Positions 36,812 to 49,946 of a DNA stretch of 64,000 nucleotides are shown here, piece by piece. The DNA is from Glaucostegus cemiculus (Eukaryota), in NCBI GenBank assembly GCA_976551045.1, contig CDPCPM010000418.1, positions 4,836,001 through 4,900,000 on the forward strand, given 5' to 3'. Position 1 is the stretch's first letter, and the number at the start of each line of letters is the position of its first letter. A model generated the notes under the pieces. It saw only the letters and a program-made list of their open reading frames with translations. It had not been told where the DNA came from and searched no databases. Made by a program: the position numbers and the translations under genes.

Positions 36812-38067
36812 CTAAAAGGAATAAAAGACACAAACAATGAATATTAAAATGGTTCTGGAAATATTCAGTTTATTAATCTGAATGTCAAATAAATCATCAC
36901 ACAAATATTGCATCATTCCCTTTTTCCTCGATATGATTATTTAATGAGTAGTTCTGATGAGAGGTGTCAACATTAAATGTTAATTCTCTTTTTCCCTTTG
37001 TGCAGACTGCCTGATCTGTCAACTACTTCCAAGTTTTTAATGTTTTCTTTTTAGGTAATACCTCAGACCTATTGGTGTGTGAGGTCCTATTCTGGGGAAA
37101 GAACAGGACAAACGGCTCTATGAATCCTGGAGGAACTCAGCCAGGACTCCAAAATACAATCTTCCTGCTCAAATCTGCGAGGTTGTGTGAAGGTTGGGGG
37201 AAAGAATGGTCAAGGCTCCCACAAACCAAGAGCTTGGTGTACCATCTGAATACCAGTCTCCATGTCACCAAAATAAATTCTTACAGCCATAGAATCATGT
37301 GCCTATAGAAGAAACTTTCTACCTATCCCCGAAGTGTTTGCTCTTTGTAAGTGCACTCATGGTTAGTTCTATCTTTAACTGAACTCCTTTAAATTTATTC
37401 TCCTCAAGAACTCCTTTTTGAAATTATTTATAGAATTATCTTGCAATATCTTCAGAATACAGATTCCAACAAATCTCGAGTGAAAATACTGTTGGTCTTC
37501 CTTCTGTAGCAGAGTAGAGAGAAACCGATCATCATAATGAAAACGTCTATTAAGTGATGTTTTAACCTTTCCTGTTCCCAGGAGAACTTTTCCAAGTTCT
37601 CCTCAAAATTGAAGTACTTCATCCTTGGTAACATCCAGGTAAATGCTCTCTGCCTTTTCATCCTTCCTGATGCTTAGAATTTTCCATAATACCTCTGATT
37701 GAATCCTAGTTATTCATTATTAAGGTCCAGCATAACCACTTTATTTAGGTAGTCCATTTCTCTAATTACAGGTACTGGTAAATAATGTGTTTTTTAAATC
37801 ATGTTTTGAACTTGCTGGGCACCTTTATGAATTTGAATGTATGGACATCAAGATTTTCCTTTTCATCTACAAATCTCAAAATGTTTTGCAAATTACAATA
37901 AATTATGTTTCCTTAATCAACCTCTCATAATAGCCCTCATTCTGTTCTATGATAAGTTCCTTCCAATGAGTTTCTGCATCTTGTTTATGTTACCCTGATG
38001 CCTATAGTAAGTAGCCTAATCACTATCTATGACTTTGCCAAGTTTCACACCCTGTTCAAATTTTATG

Positions 38068-38402
38068 GTGGGCAGCACAGTGGTGCAGCTAGTAGAGGTG
38101 CTTCCTCACAACTCCAGTGACCCAGGCTCAACCCTGGCCATGGATGCTGGCTGTGCGAGTTTGTACATTCTCCCTGTGACCGCAGGGCTTCTTCCAGATT
38201 CTCCAGTTTCCTCCCACACACTAAATGCGTGCATAACAGTAGATGTATTGGCCGCTACAAATTGCCCCTAGTGTATAGGAGCATTGGTAGAATTCAAGTG
38301 CAGTTGATGGGAATGTGGGGAGAATAAACTATGATTAACATTAGGTCATCTTAAGTGGGTTTTTGAAAGTTGGCACAGAGGTCCTGTTTCCATGCTCTAT
38401 GA
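38068..38402 (+). mobile_element. Older V-SINE (HE1-type) in CXCR5 intron 1
   Basis: tRNA-like head GGCAGCACAGTGGTGCAGCTAGTAGAG and V-domain TTTGTACATTCTCCCTGTGACCGC. Confidence 0.8.
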
Positions 38403-39011
38403 CTGAGTTCTTTATGACCTTCTATGGTTCATGCAAGAGCGCCAACTTGTAAGACATTTCTGATCTTGTCAAAAGTAATTATTTCTTCAGGATTAAGCTA
38501 TAATTTGTGAATGAGTTTCACTATTTCAAGTCAGTATAGAGTAAGCACCAATGTGTGATCCTAGGAATATCCAAACAGATGGAAGCCAGTCAAGATTCAA
38601 GTCAGTATGACCATTCAATTAGATTATGTTGGTCTGTATTCTAACTTCATTTACCTACCTTAATGCTATAATTTTTAACAGCCTTCACAACAAAAATCTA
38701 CCAATGTCAGTTTATAAATTTTAAATTGACTTACACCCTTAATAGCTTTTGGGGTTAGAGAAGAGGGTTTCAGGTTTTAACTGTACTTTATGGGAAGAAA
38801 TTTTCCCAGGAAGAAACCTGAATGGCTTACCTTCAATGGTAAGCTTCCCTAGTTCTGGACTGACCTTTGAAGACAAAATAATTTCTCTTTACCTACTCTA
38901 TGAACTTCTCAATTTAAGCATTTTAATTAGATTACTCCTTTAATCTTCTATACTCATGGAAGAAGATGGCATCAAAAATTTGTGTGGGGTGGAAAGATAG
39001 GAAATTTACCT

Positions 39012-39578
39012 TTTTTAATGATTCAAGGTATGTGGGCTTTGCGGGCTGAACCGGAATTTAATTGCCCATCCATAATTGCCCATGAGAAGGTGGTGGTGAA
39101 CTGCCTTCTTGAATGGCTGCAGTTCTTGAGGTGTGGGTATACCCACAATGCCCTTGGGGAGGGAGTTCCAAGATTTTGACCCAGCAACAGTGAAGGAACA
39201 GCAATACGTTTCCAAGTCTGGATGGTGTGAAGCTTGGAGGGCAACTTCCATCATTTGCTGTCCTTGTCCTTCTAACTGGTGGAGGTGGTGAGTTGGGAAG
39301 GTGCTGTCTTGGAGAACTGCTGCAGTGCATCCTGTAGATGGTACAAACTGCTGCTGCTTTGCTTCGGTGGTGGAGTGAGTGAATGGTTGTGGATGGGTGC
39401 CTCTCAAGCGGGCTGCTATGGTGTCAAGCTTCTTGAGTGTTGTTGAAGCAGCACTCATCCAGACAAGTGGGGAGTATTCCATCACAGTCCTGACTTGAGC
39501 CTTGCAGATGATGGTCAGCCTTTGGGAGTTAGGAGGTGAGTTCTGTGCCACAGCAGTCCTAGTCTCTCACCTGCTCTG
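39012..39578 (-). mobile_element. CR1-clade LINE 3' fragment
   Basis: CKAQVRTVMEYSPLVWMSAASTTLKKLDTI...SKSWNSLP...LQPFKKAVHHHLL. Confidence 0.85.
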
Positions 39579-41544
39579 GGCACAATCTAAACATAGGATG
39601 CCAGGGATTTGTTGAAACTAACTCCGGCAATGCTGGAGCCAACAGCTGTTGTGTTTCAGATTTCACACGGGGACAAACAAATTGTGTTATTATCTGATGT
39701 CTCCTATGCCTCTCAGAGAGAACGGAAGTCTCACTATTGTCCCAAAGGACTGAAAAGAAGTGTTCTAGATTCTAAATGAAATAAGCTGAACCAGAAGCCT
39801 GCTATTTTCGAGTTTCTATTTTGACATTGTTGTACTTTTTCTTAGCTCTTGCTATTTGTTTCCTAAACCACCATTGTGCTGAGTTGCTTTGGCATTTTGC
39901 TGATTTTTGTTCTGAGGCCAAGTATGAACAATTTGAGCCATTGTGTTTTGAAGATTTCATACTAACATAGCTTTAACCACAATGTCTAATATAAACTCTA
40001 TCCAAACCTCAATATATAGAAATTAGTGATTACAAAAGAAATATCTTAGCAAGAATTCAACATTGCTCCATGAAATGTTTTCCATAGGGAATGGTTGAGG
40101 GAGAGCATTTGGTTCACTGGTGAGAACAGTAAATAAGGGGCCTGAAGCACAGAGGGATCTGCTTGCGAATGATACCGGGCTTGACACGCATGCAGAGCTG
40201 AAGGCTCTGGATAGACACTACTAATGCTGTCTCCACAAAATCTTTCCAAATTCACTGGAAGAATGAGTGAACCAATGCCATTGTCCTCTCCCTGGCCAAC
40301 ATCCCTTGCACTGACGCTCTAGTTACACTCAGTCAACTCTGTTGGACAGGCCATATCGTTCACATACCCGACACCAGACTCCCAGAAGAAATACTTCTTT
40401 GGGTTGAAAAAAATCCCTTGAATGAGATCGTGATGCAGAGTTTTGACTCAACGTCAACAATTCCTTTCCTCCCACGGGTGCTGCTCGACCCGCTGAGTTC
40501 CTCCAGCTGATTGTTTGTTGCCTACCCATTATCCATACTCTCTACCTCCCACCATTCTGTCAACTTCACAGTCAGATCATTGGGCCAAACTGACCTCACA
40601 TGACAGTCAGTGGTTCCAAAATCACCAGCTGTCTGCCATTCACTGCTCAGCTAATTCCAAACTTCAACATGCGCTGTCCCCTCCTGCTCCACCAATAGAT
40701 GCACCATGGACCCCAGTGGAGGTGCAGTGATGTGCAGGGAGGAGCCAGATGCAATTTGAACCTGGCCTCTAATCTTTACGCTAGTTATGATTTGAGCATC
40801 TTATTTGAATTGAGAACTGCAAGTAAATATTTGAATTTAATATTTTTATTTTAATCATTTGTGGGTTTTGATTAGATTTATTTGGTTAGATTTATTTTTT
40901 TTAATTTAAATGTTAACTATTTAAATGTATTTGAATAATTTTTAATTACCTCTCTGTCAGGGTTGTTTAATAAATGGTTCAAAGTAAAGGTGGGGAGTGT
41001 AGTAGGGGAGAATGGGATGGCTGCAAACAATACTGGCTTTGACCAACCACAACTACAGGTTGCTGGTTCAAGTCACCAATAGTGACCTTATGCCTAGATA
41101 CCACATGACAACCATTCCTTAACTCTGGGCAGCTCACCATTGTATACACAAAGTAAAGGCAGAACTGCCCCTTGCTGATGTATTCTGCCGGGCACTGAAG
41201 GTTGACGCTGTAAACCAATTATCTTGCTCTATGCATTCACAGAGTATGCATGCTAGAGATAAGAAATAGTATAAGAATACTCTAAACTATAGATTGGAAC
41301 GCATTCTTTCCAGGACAAGTGACTGCCCTGTTGACATCAGCTTTGTTCTGAAGGTAAACACTGGACTCCATGCGAATTCTTTCCATCTCCGAGCCCCAGC
41401 GGTACAGCTTCTGCAGCACCTCTCGGGTGTGAAGTATCAGATTGTTTGGCCTTTCACATGCAGAAAAGCTAAGTGTGGGCAAGCCTGCATTGTGCCTGGT
41501 CACTCCGCACGGCCGACTGCTACCAATGTGAACAGGCCCAAAAC

Positions 41545-44195
41545 ATTATGTTGAGTTCCATAAGTTTTGTCTTTAGTTAACAGTCTGTTGGGAGGGACTT
41601 CATCAAGTAACTCTGAAAGTCCAAAGAAATAACACCAAAGATCCAAACATTCAACCATCCCTTGAGTTACCTCTATTAATTTGAAATTTAAAAATTCAAT
41701 CAGGTTCAGCAAGTATAGCCTACTTTTAAAAAACCCATGTTGGCTGCCTCTGATCAACTGAGAATTTTCAGTCACCTTAATTATGCCTTATAGTAATTCT
41801 CCAGTTGCAGATGTTAGGCTAACTGGTCTTATAATTCCCTGGTTAACCTCTTTCACTTTTCTTAAACAGTGTAACAACTTGCTCAGTTTTCCAATTTAAT
41901 GAACAATTCCAGAATCAAGAAACTAAGTACCATTATAGTTAAGGCATCTGGAATAATCATGGTCAATTCCTTTAAAATTCTGGGTTAGAAACCAAGTAAA
42001 ATAATATGTTTTGGACCCCCAAGGAAACAGGCTTTTTTTTATAACTGATGTGTGCAATGAGACAGGATTAATTAGTGATCTCATAACAAAAGAAAAGATC
42101 CTTTGGCAAAGAGTGATTAAAACATGACAGAATTTCATATTCAGTTTGAGAAACAACAACTGATGTCTAAAACTAGGGTCCTAAACTTAGATAAAGGAAA
42201 TTACATTGGTAGGAAAGAAAAATGGATTAAAATTATTTGGGGAATTAGATTGAAAGGTATGGCAATGGATATACAGTGGAAGATATTTAAAGAAATATTT
42301 AATTATTCTCAAATAAAGATAAATTCCATTGAGTGGCAGTAAGCAACGTATACTTTAATGATTAAAGAGTGCTTTGTTTTTTGGAATACATATTCATAAT
42401 TTTGATTTAAATAATACACAGAACATGATACAAAGATTTGCAGCATTGAGCGTGTGGTAAGCCGTGAGACGGAAAGTTTTAGAAGATGGACAAATGACAA
42501 ATGAAACTTAATCCAGATAAGCATTAAATAATGCATTTGGGCGGTGGGGGGTGGGGGGTTTATGTTGTAATGCCAATAAATGGGAGGATATTGAGTGGCA
42601 TGGAGGAAAGGAGGGATTATGGAGTGTATGTCGGGAAATCTTAAAGGTGGCAGGATAGATCAAGGTTGGTTAAAAGGACATACAGGAGGCTTTCCTTTAT
42701 CATCTGAGGCGTAGCATATATGGCCAGAGAGATTATACTAGAGCAGTGTGCAAGCTATTAAAGCCATTGCTTCATAACTGTGTACAGTTCTGGTCACCAC
42801 AATACAAGCAAGATGGCCTGTATCCTATGGTTCTAAAAAATTTGTTTGCTGAGATAGATGATTTGGGTGTGATCTTCCAAAATTTCCATAGATTCTGGAA
42901 AGGTCCCAGCTGACTAGACAATTGCAAATGTAACAATGCTACCTTAGAATGAAAGAAGAGAGAAAACGGTGAAGTATAAGCCAGTTAGCTTAACATCGAT
43001 TATAGGAAAAATGCTGGAGTCCATTGTTAAGGAAGTAATAACAAGACTGTTAGAAAATCCACACAAGCAGAATCAACATACCTTTCTGTCAGGAAAATAG
43101 TGTTTGACTCTTTGAGGATGTGGCTATATGGATAGATAAAGGAGAACCAGTGGATGCATCACATTTGAACTTACAGAATGGCTTTGAATATGGTGCCTCA
43201 TAAAAAAAATTACTGCATAGGTTAGGGGCTTGTGGTATTGAAGTTAGTATATTGACATGGTAGAGAATTAACTGACAGAAAACTGAGTGGGAGTAAACTA
43301 ATTTTCAATTTGGTAGTTGTAATGAGTGAGGAGCCTTTGGGATCAGTACTGGAATTTCAGCTTTTTACAAGTTACATGAATATCTTAAATGAAGGAATTG
43401 TATGTATTATGTCCTGGTTTTGTGACAGTATAAAGCTAAGTGGAAAAACTGAGGATATAAAAGGTTGGCAAATGATATAAACAAGTTTATTCACTGGGTA
43501 AAAAAGAAGGCAGATGGAATATAATATGAAAAAATAGGCTTTCTGCTTTAGTTGAAAAGCTGAGTAATGAATGTTGGTCTTCAGAGAAACAAGAAAGGTT
43601 AGTGTGCAGGTACAGTTAGCAGATGGAATGCTGGGCTTCCTTACAAAATTGATGGAGTGAAAAAGTAAGTTTTGCTACAACTGTACAGGGCTTTGGTGAA
43701 ACCACGTCTGGAGTATCATTTACAATCTCGGTTTCCTTGTTTACAGAAGGATATATTTGGCTTGGAGGCAGCACAGAGAAGTTGACCAGTTTGATTTCTG
43801 AAACAAGGTGGTTGCCTCAAGAGAAAACATTGAGTAAATTGCCTGCACTTTCTCTACCTTAGAAGAATATCTGATTTCATTGAAATATAAAGGATTCTTT
43901 GGGGCCTTGACAGGGTAGATACTTTGAAGATGTTTCCCCCAGTCGGGAAATATAGAACTAAATGGCCATAGTCTTAGGATAAAGGTCCAGTTAAGGCTAA
44001 GAAGAGGAGGAATTTCACCTTTCCGAGACCAAGGATGCTGATTCATTAAGCATATTCAAGGCTGAGACAGACTGTTTTTGGAGCACTGGGGATCACGAGT
44101 TATGGTGACCAGGCAGGAAGGTGGAGTTAATACATGGTTCTGATGAATGGTGCAGCAGGATCAAGTAGCCATATAGTCTACTTTATTTTTGTTCT
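41545..44195. mobile_element. Cluster of decayed CR1 fragments (minus about 41545-41990; plus about 42040-44195)
   Basis: LIRGSQHGFFKSRLYLLNLIEF (minus); KTRVLNLDKGNY and RT/3' UTR remnants (plus). Confidence 0.75.
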
Positions 44196-45471
44196 TAAGT
44201 TCATTTTTGTTCTGGAGATTTGTCATCTTTTAATGCTATTATTTACTTCATTGCAATTATTTTCTTATGTTAATTTTTATGACTTTTCATCTTGATTTAA
44301 TGTTTTCTCAGTATGTCTGGCACATTCTTTCTCAATTGTAAATATTAAAACAATAGAATTATTCAATATATTTTTTAGGTTAAGGCTTTGCTAAACTTAA
44401 AGTTAATGGAAATACGTTGGGATATGACCAGCAGCATTTTGAGTAGGCTGAAGTTCATTGCGTGTGAAGGATGGGAGGGCAGCCAGACATGTGTTTGAAA
44501 GATCAAGTCTAGAGGAAATAAATGTGGTGATGAGGGTTTCAGCAGTAGATAAGCTGAGGCAAGGCCAGTCTTGGTGTCACTTGATAATAAGATCATAAGT
44601 TCATATCCATGAAATAACACAGGATTTTTTCTCTGTACTAAAAGGGTGTCACGTAATAATACATAGATTTGTATATCATACACATCTAGCAGCACAAACT
44701 TACAATGTGAGGGATAAGTTTGTATTATATAGGATTAAACCGATACAAATATGTTGCTCGGTTTATTTTATGTAAGTGGAGTAACAATGCTCCTGTGAGA
44801 CATGGATATCACAAGTTTGGGAGCCACTGACAAGAAACATTAAAGAGTTGTAGCCATATCCTCTTTACCTGTTAGAGGAAGTAGGTAGGCTTGTATTGTG
44901 TAAATAATTTAGCAAGCATATGTTACAGTTACAAATGAATGTATAAACTGGAGGCTATTTACCCTCAAACTTGTTCCATTATGCATTCGGAATGTGCTGA
45001 ATAATTCCTTAACTTCATCTGCCCATCTAAATTCCATTGAGTGGTTCCACTTGTGTAATGGATTAAATACATTAATACAACCAGTTGGAAGGTTCAAATG
45101 TGAACCTCTTACTACCAATGTTCTGATATACCAATGAACAAGTTAAAGTCTGGCATTTGATCAAATGACTGAAAGGGGAATAAAACCATAAGCACACCCT
45201 TGAGAAAAATGCTCAAGTCATTAATATCTTACCAAAACCATCATTATGAATAGAGAAAAAGGTTACTGAAATAGTTGTTTGCAAAATCTAATAGTTGCAC
45301 TTTGCAAATGATGGCATTTACCACCTTCACTTCTCTTACTTACTAACCAAGCATACCTCAAGAACTAAAGGCTTTGAAAGTTAAGTTAAAAGGCAACCAG
45401 AACTTTTTTTTCACATCTTATTATGAATACCCTTCATCATAGCCTATTAAAAGAAAATGAGGAATACTTAC

Positions 45472-45525
45472 AATGTCAAAGTAATCCATGGAAAATCTCA
45501 TTTCTGTCATAGCATTCAGCTTCAT
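45472..45525 (-). CDS. CXCR5: CXCR5 exon 1 coding part (MKLNAMTEMRFSMDYFDI)
   Basis: Exactly 18 codons ending at a phase-0 GTAAGT donor (45471-45466), matching the phase-0 acceptor of exon 2. Lies in TE-poor sequence with promoter motifs directly upstream. Human CXCR5 has a similar short first coding exon. Joined protein 370 aa; intron 8660 bp. Confidence 0.8.
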
Positions 45526-45529
45526 TGAA

Positions 45530-45720
45530 GAGACGGTAAGTTGCCAGTGAGTTTCATTAATATACTGATGTCACCTTTGAGCATGCAGAACTGCTACCCA
45601 AATGATAAAACCTAATAGCAAGTCTTTTTTTTAAACTCAATTGACATCCTTCCTGTTTGACAAATTTAAATACTGTGAATTTTTCCCTTCTCTATTCCTT
45701 GATTTGCATAATGAATGTAT
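45530..45720 (-). promoter_or_regulatory. Putative CXCR5 promoter
   Basis: On minus: perfect octamer ATGCAAAT (45709-45702), ETS core ACAGGAAG (about 45657-45650), CRE/AP-1-like TGACATCA (45573-45566), TATA-like TATATTAA (45564-45557). Confidence 0.6.
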
Positions 45721-45859
45721 GCTACAGCTAATCACCTCTGTCAGCAGAAGATCAAGGCAGGTAATATAAAGATATATTAAGCATCCTATATAACTCAAAC
45801 TATATCAAAGCACTTTAGTGCCAATGAGGTTCTCCTGATAACAGTAGCAGGGAAATACT

Positions 45860-47365
45860 GGAATCTATTATTAACAAAATGGTAACAGGTTACTAAGAAA
45901 ATAATTAAAAAGTTGGGCTGAATCAACAAATATTTATGAAAGGAACTCCGCATTTGACAAATCTGTCAGAGATTTTTGAGGCTGGAACTAGCAAAATAGA
46001 CACAGGTGAACCAGTTGATGTGGTATATTTGGACTTCCAAAAGACTTTTGATAAGGAGTCACGTAAGACATTATTAAATAAAATTATATTATAGACAGAA
46101 AACCAAGTAGGAATAAACTTGTCACTTTTGGCTTGAGAAGCTGTGGCTAGTGCAGTATTACGGGGTGTAGTGCTGGGACCCCAGCTGTTAACAATCAGTG
46201 TCAATGATTTATATGAGGGGATCAAGCACAATCTAACTAAGCTTACTTACAATACAAATCTAGGTGGCAGTGTGGGCTGTGAGAAGAATACATAGAAGCT
46301 TCAAGAGGACATAGACACATTAAGTAAATAGGCAAGGATGAGGCAGGTGGAATGTAATGTGGAAAAATGTGAAGCTATCCATTTTGATAGAAAAAATAGA
46401 AGGGTGAAGTTTATTTTTAAATGATGAGAGATCCCAAGTGGCCTGAAATTTGGCAATAAAAATTAGTCTTAATAATAAAGACCAAAACATTACTGGACTG
46501 TTATTAAAAAGCCATCTAGTTCACTAATGTCCTTAAGGGGAAGGAATCTGACATTCTTATCCAGTCTGGCCTATACACAACTTTGAAATGGCCTAGTAAG
46601 CCCTCAGTTCAAGGCAGTTGGGGATGGGTAATAAATGCAGTCTTACCAGTGATGTCCAGATCCCAAAATCTGAACTTTAAAAAATGGTTTTTATTTCAAG
46701 ATGTGTTGAGTATAAGAGTAAAGACTTCTTGCTCCAATTATAGAGAATGAGGTTGCATCTGGAATACTGTGTACAGGTCTGGTTTCTCTACAGATAGAAG
46801 GATGTACTTGTGATAGAGGGAATGCAGTAACAATTCACGACATTGTTTCCTGGGATGTTGTATGAAGAGAGGCCTATACTCTCTTGTGCTTAAAAGAATG
46901 AGTGGGGATCTCATAAGATTCTTAAAGGGCTTGACAGGATAGATCTGGGCAGGATATTTTCCCCTGCCTCAGATGTCTGGAATGAATGGTCACAGTCCTG
47001 AAATATTAGGTTCCTGTTAAGACAGAATGAGAAAAAATTATTTCACTAGAATCTGTAATTCTCCACCCAAAAGGGCTGTGGGTGCTCACTCCCTTAGTAT
47101 ATTCAAGACAGAGGATAGTATATTTTTTAATGTTAAGACATTCAATGGATATGGGGTTAATGCAGGAAAGTAACACATGGGTGGATGGGTAGAACCTGAA
47201 ACATCAACTGTCCATTTTCCTCCATAGATGCTGCCTGACCTGCTTGGTTTGTTGCTCCAGATTCCAGCATCTGCAGTCTCTTGTGTCTCCATGGGTAGAA
47301 GATTAACTGTGATCTTATTGAATTGCAGAGCAGGTACAAGGAGCCAAATGGCCTTTATTTTATCT
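45860..47365 (+). mobile_element. Decayed CR1 LINE with a nested SINE (about 46450-46680) and Penelope terminal repeat (about 47190-47290)
   Basis: GTTGATGTGGTATATTTGGACTTCCAAAAGACTTTTGATAAGG RT motif. The nested SINE ends in a tail shared with the CR1-clade family (GGGATGGGTAATAAATGC). Confidence 0.75.
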
Positions 47366-48592
47366 GCTCTTGTGCATTGCTCGTATAGCTCAAATAATCC
47401 ATTTTCTTTTCAAAATACCACAAATGAGAAAGGAGAAATTTCTCCTACATTCAGGAAATATCTCTGATTAAACAATTGAGGAAGGTGAAAAGAAACAGAC
47501 AGTTTTGACTGAATGTGAAGGTGGTGACTGCATGGAATAGTTTGATCAAGTAAGTTGTAGAGGTGAAAGTGGAGATTGATTGGAAGTTGAAGGGAAGTTG
47601 TATAGCTGTCTGCCAGAGAAATTGACTGAAGGGTAATAAATAAACTAATAAAGTGGGCAGACAAGCACTCTAGGAGTGGAGACTTCAAAAAGTGCAGTAC
47701 TTCAGATTCTAAGAGGTTATTATAGCCACCAGAACTCAGTGAATTTCCCACCGAAAGATAGTATACTTAAATGTAATTGTTGCTTTCCCTAAGTGATCAG
47801 TCCATGATCCTGGGAGGATTGAAAATGTAGAAGATCTAGCACTGTACTCTGAGCAATGGTTGCCTCTGATACTTTCCTGAAAAGTTCTGTGATTTATATA
47901 TATTTGATCTTAACCAGTAACACTGAACTACTTAACTAAAATCAAACCTGAAAATTAAAATGGAACCGAAGTCACTAACATAATACAACATACAATAATA
48001 GAGTAGATTTATAGGAAGATGACCAAAGTCATGGTCAAAGAGAAATTTGCCAGTGCTGTTTCACAGGGTTAAAATGGCATTTCTTATTCCCCTAATACTG
48101 TTTTATAAAGCTTTAAAGCAATTGCAATATTTTACGGAGCAGTATAATCATAAAGATTTAAGCAGTTTAATAATAAATAATGTCAAGCTCCCTCATGTAA
48201 TGACAGATCCTTAAAACTCTTGCTTAATTTCTTGCAGCTGCTGGCAGATAGCCACACTTACGATATCTCATTAGCCAGACCTTACAGGCACACATGCGTA
48301 ACATCACCAGCACTCTTCTGGCTCCTGAAGAGTGCTGTTTGCTTGCAGGTCTGTTATCACAGAGAGAGGAGTGTGTGGGGGATAAGTATGGCTGTTGTAT
48401 CATAGCATCTGGAGAAATGTCCAATGTTCAAGGGAGCCATGGAGACCTTCGAGGTCCACCCTGCACTACAGTGGCGGGAAATCACCAGGGAGGTCTCCAG
48501 TAGTAGTAAAATTACTTGCAATCGTCACAAATCTCAAAGCAAAATGTTACGAACTGGGTTACTATTGGTGAATGTCCCTTTAAGATAGAGCA

Positions 48593-48594
<2 letters not shown>

Positions 48595-48648
<54 letters not shown>
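48595..48648. repeat. (GT)27 microsatellite
   Basis: Direct read. Confidence 0.97.
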
Positions 48649-48650
<2 letters not shown>

Positions 48651-48944
48651 TTATGACAACAGAAGGTTAAGGACGTAATGACGTTTTTGAAGCAGTCAGT
48701 TGGAATCAGAGGAGAGAGAGAGAAAGAAGAGAGAGGGAGACAGCAGCCTGCCAGTCTCTGTGGTGTCATTTGGGTTCCAAAGTGGAACATTTGGATTTCA
48801 TAATGACTCTCTATGTTCTCTCTACATCTACGTCTGGTCATCAGTCAACGGTGGTTGTTGAAGAAGCTTTTGATCACATTTCACCTTATGGCTTGCTGAA
48901 CTGAACTTTGAGAATTATTCCTGGACTTGGAGTTTGGGAATTTG

Positions 48945-48945
<1 letters not shown>

Positions 48946-49011
<66 letters not shown>
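48946..49011. repeat. (CA)33 microsatellite
   Basis: Direct read. Confidence 0.97.
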
Positions 49012-49015
<4 letters not shown>

Positions 49016-49867
49016 ACGAGTTTAGTTTTTGGTGTTAATGTTTAAGATTTAACATTTTTACTTCTAACATTCTAACATTTTTACTTTTATTTTTCTTATT
49101 ATCATAAGTAGTTATTAATAAAGTAGTATTTAGCACTGATCATGACTCGGTGTGTTTCTTTTGTTGCTGGTTCGTAACAAAAATTATAATTTCACATGAT
49201 TGATAAATGTTGATTCTCACAAATTAAGATTGTTATTGTATTGACATTTTTTGCCTTCCATTCACGCTCTCTGCTAACACCTTTCTTTGCAACACTCTCA
49301 CTGCAGCTGGGTTAGTTTTGCAGCACTGAGCTTAGTAGGTTTCCTGGAGGTCAGAATAAAAACCTGTCTCAAACATACTGACTTTAACTCTATCACTCAC
49401 CCACTGCAGTACACCTTGTCCCTCACACCATTAATCTCTCTCCAATCACACTGCTACAATCATTCCACAACTATTAAGCAAAGACAATCAAGAAGGCCAC
49501 AGTGTCTAATAAAAACAGAAAATGCTAGAAATACTCAGCAGGTCAAGCAGCATCTGTGGAAAGAGAAACAGAGTTAACATTTCAGACCAATAGGTCACAA
49601 TGTCATGTCTACTCAACCACCTTTCACAGTTGTCATCTAGTGCAGGTGAAAATTGGCAGAAACAAAAGTTTGCTGCTTCAGATCAGAGGACCGTATCTCA
49701 GGAGAGCAGGTTGATGCCTCTGCAGGAGAGAGTGATAGAGGTAAAGTCAGTGTGTTTGAGACAGGGTGAGATTGGGACAATGGTGGGAGCCAAAGTAGGA
49801 ATGGACAGATAGAGGCTGCAAGGAGCAGGTGAACAGCGCAACTCTTTGTCAATGAAAGTTTCAGAAT

Positions 49868-49946
49868 GAAATATTCTCACCGTGCAAAATGCAACTTTCA
49901 GATTCTTTACTTCTGAATGTTGCATCTTGCACAGTGAGAATATTTC
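49868..49946. repeat. 79-nt near-perfect inverted repeat (35-bp arms, 9-nt loop)
   Basis: 49868-49902 versus the reverse complement of 49912-49946: 32/35 identical. Confidence 0.92.

Larger units (their letters stand above)
48545..49179 (+). mobile_element. Solo LTR (Gypsy/ERV-type) with 10-bp inverted termini and 4-bp TSD
   Basis: TGTTACGAAC (48545-48554)...GTTCGTAACA (49170-49179), flanked by AAAA on both sides; AATAAA at 49117-49122. Confidence 0.8.

Noticed and set aside
41282-41554. Coding-looking segment in the CXCR5 intron (one minus frame reads WSPVFTFRT, reminiscent of an FN3 domain end)
   Set aside because: Too short, no convincing splice pair and no further domain residues; a BLASTX search would be needed.
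48512-48841. His-Thr repeat protein ORF
   Set aside because: Translation of the (GT)n microsatellite inside the solo LTR.
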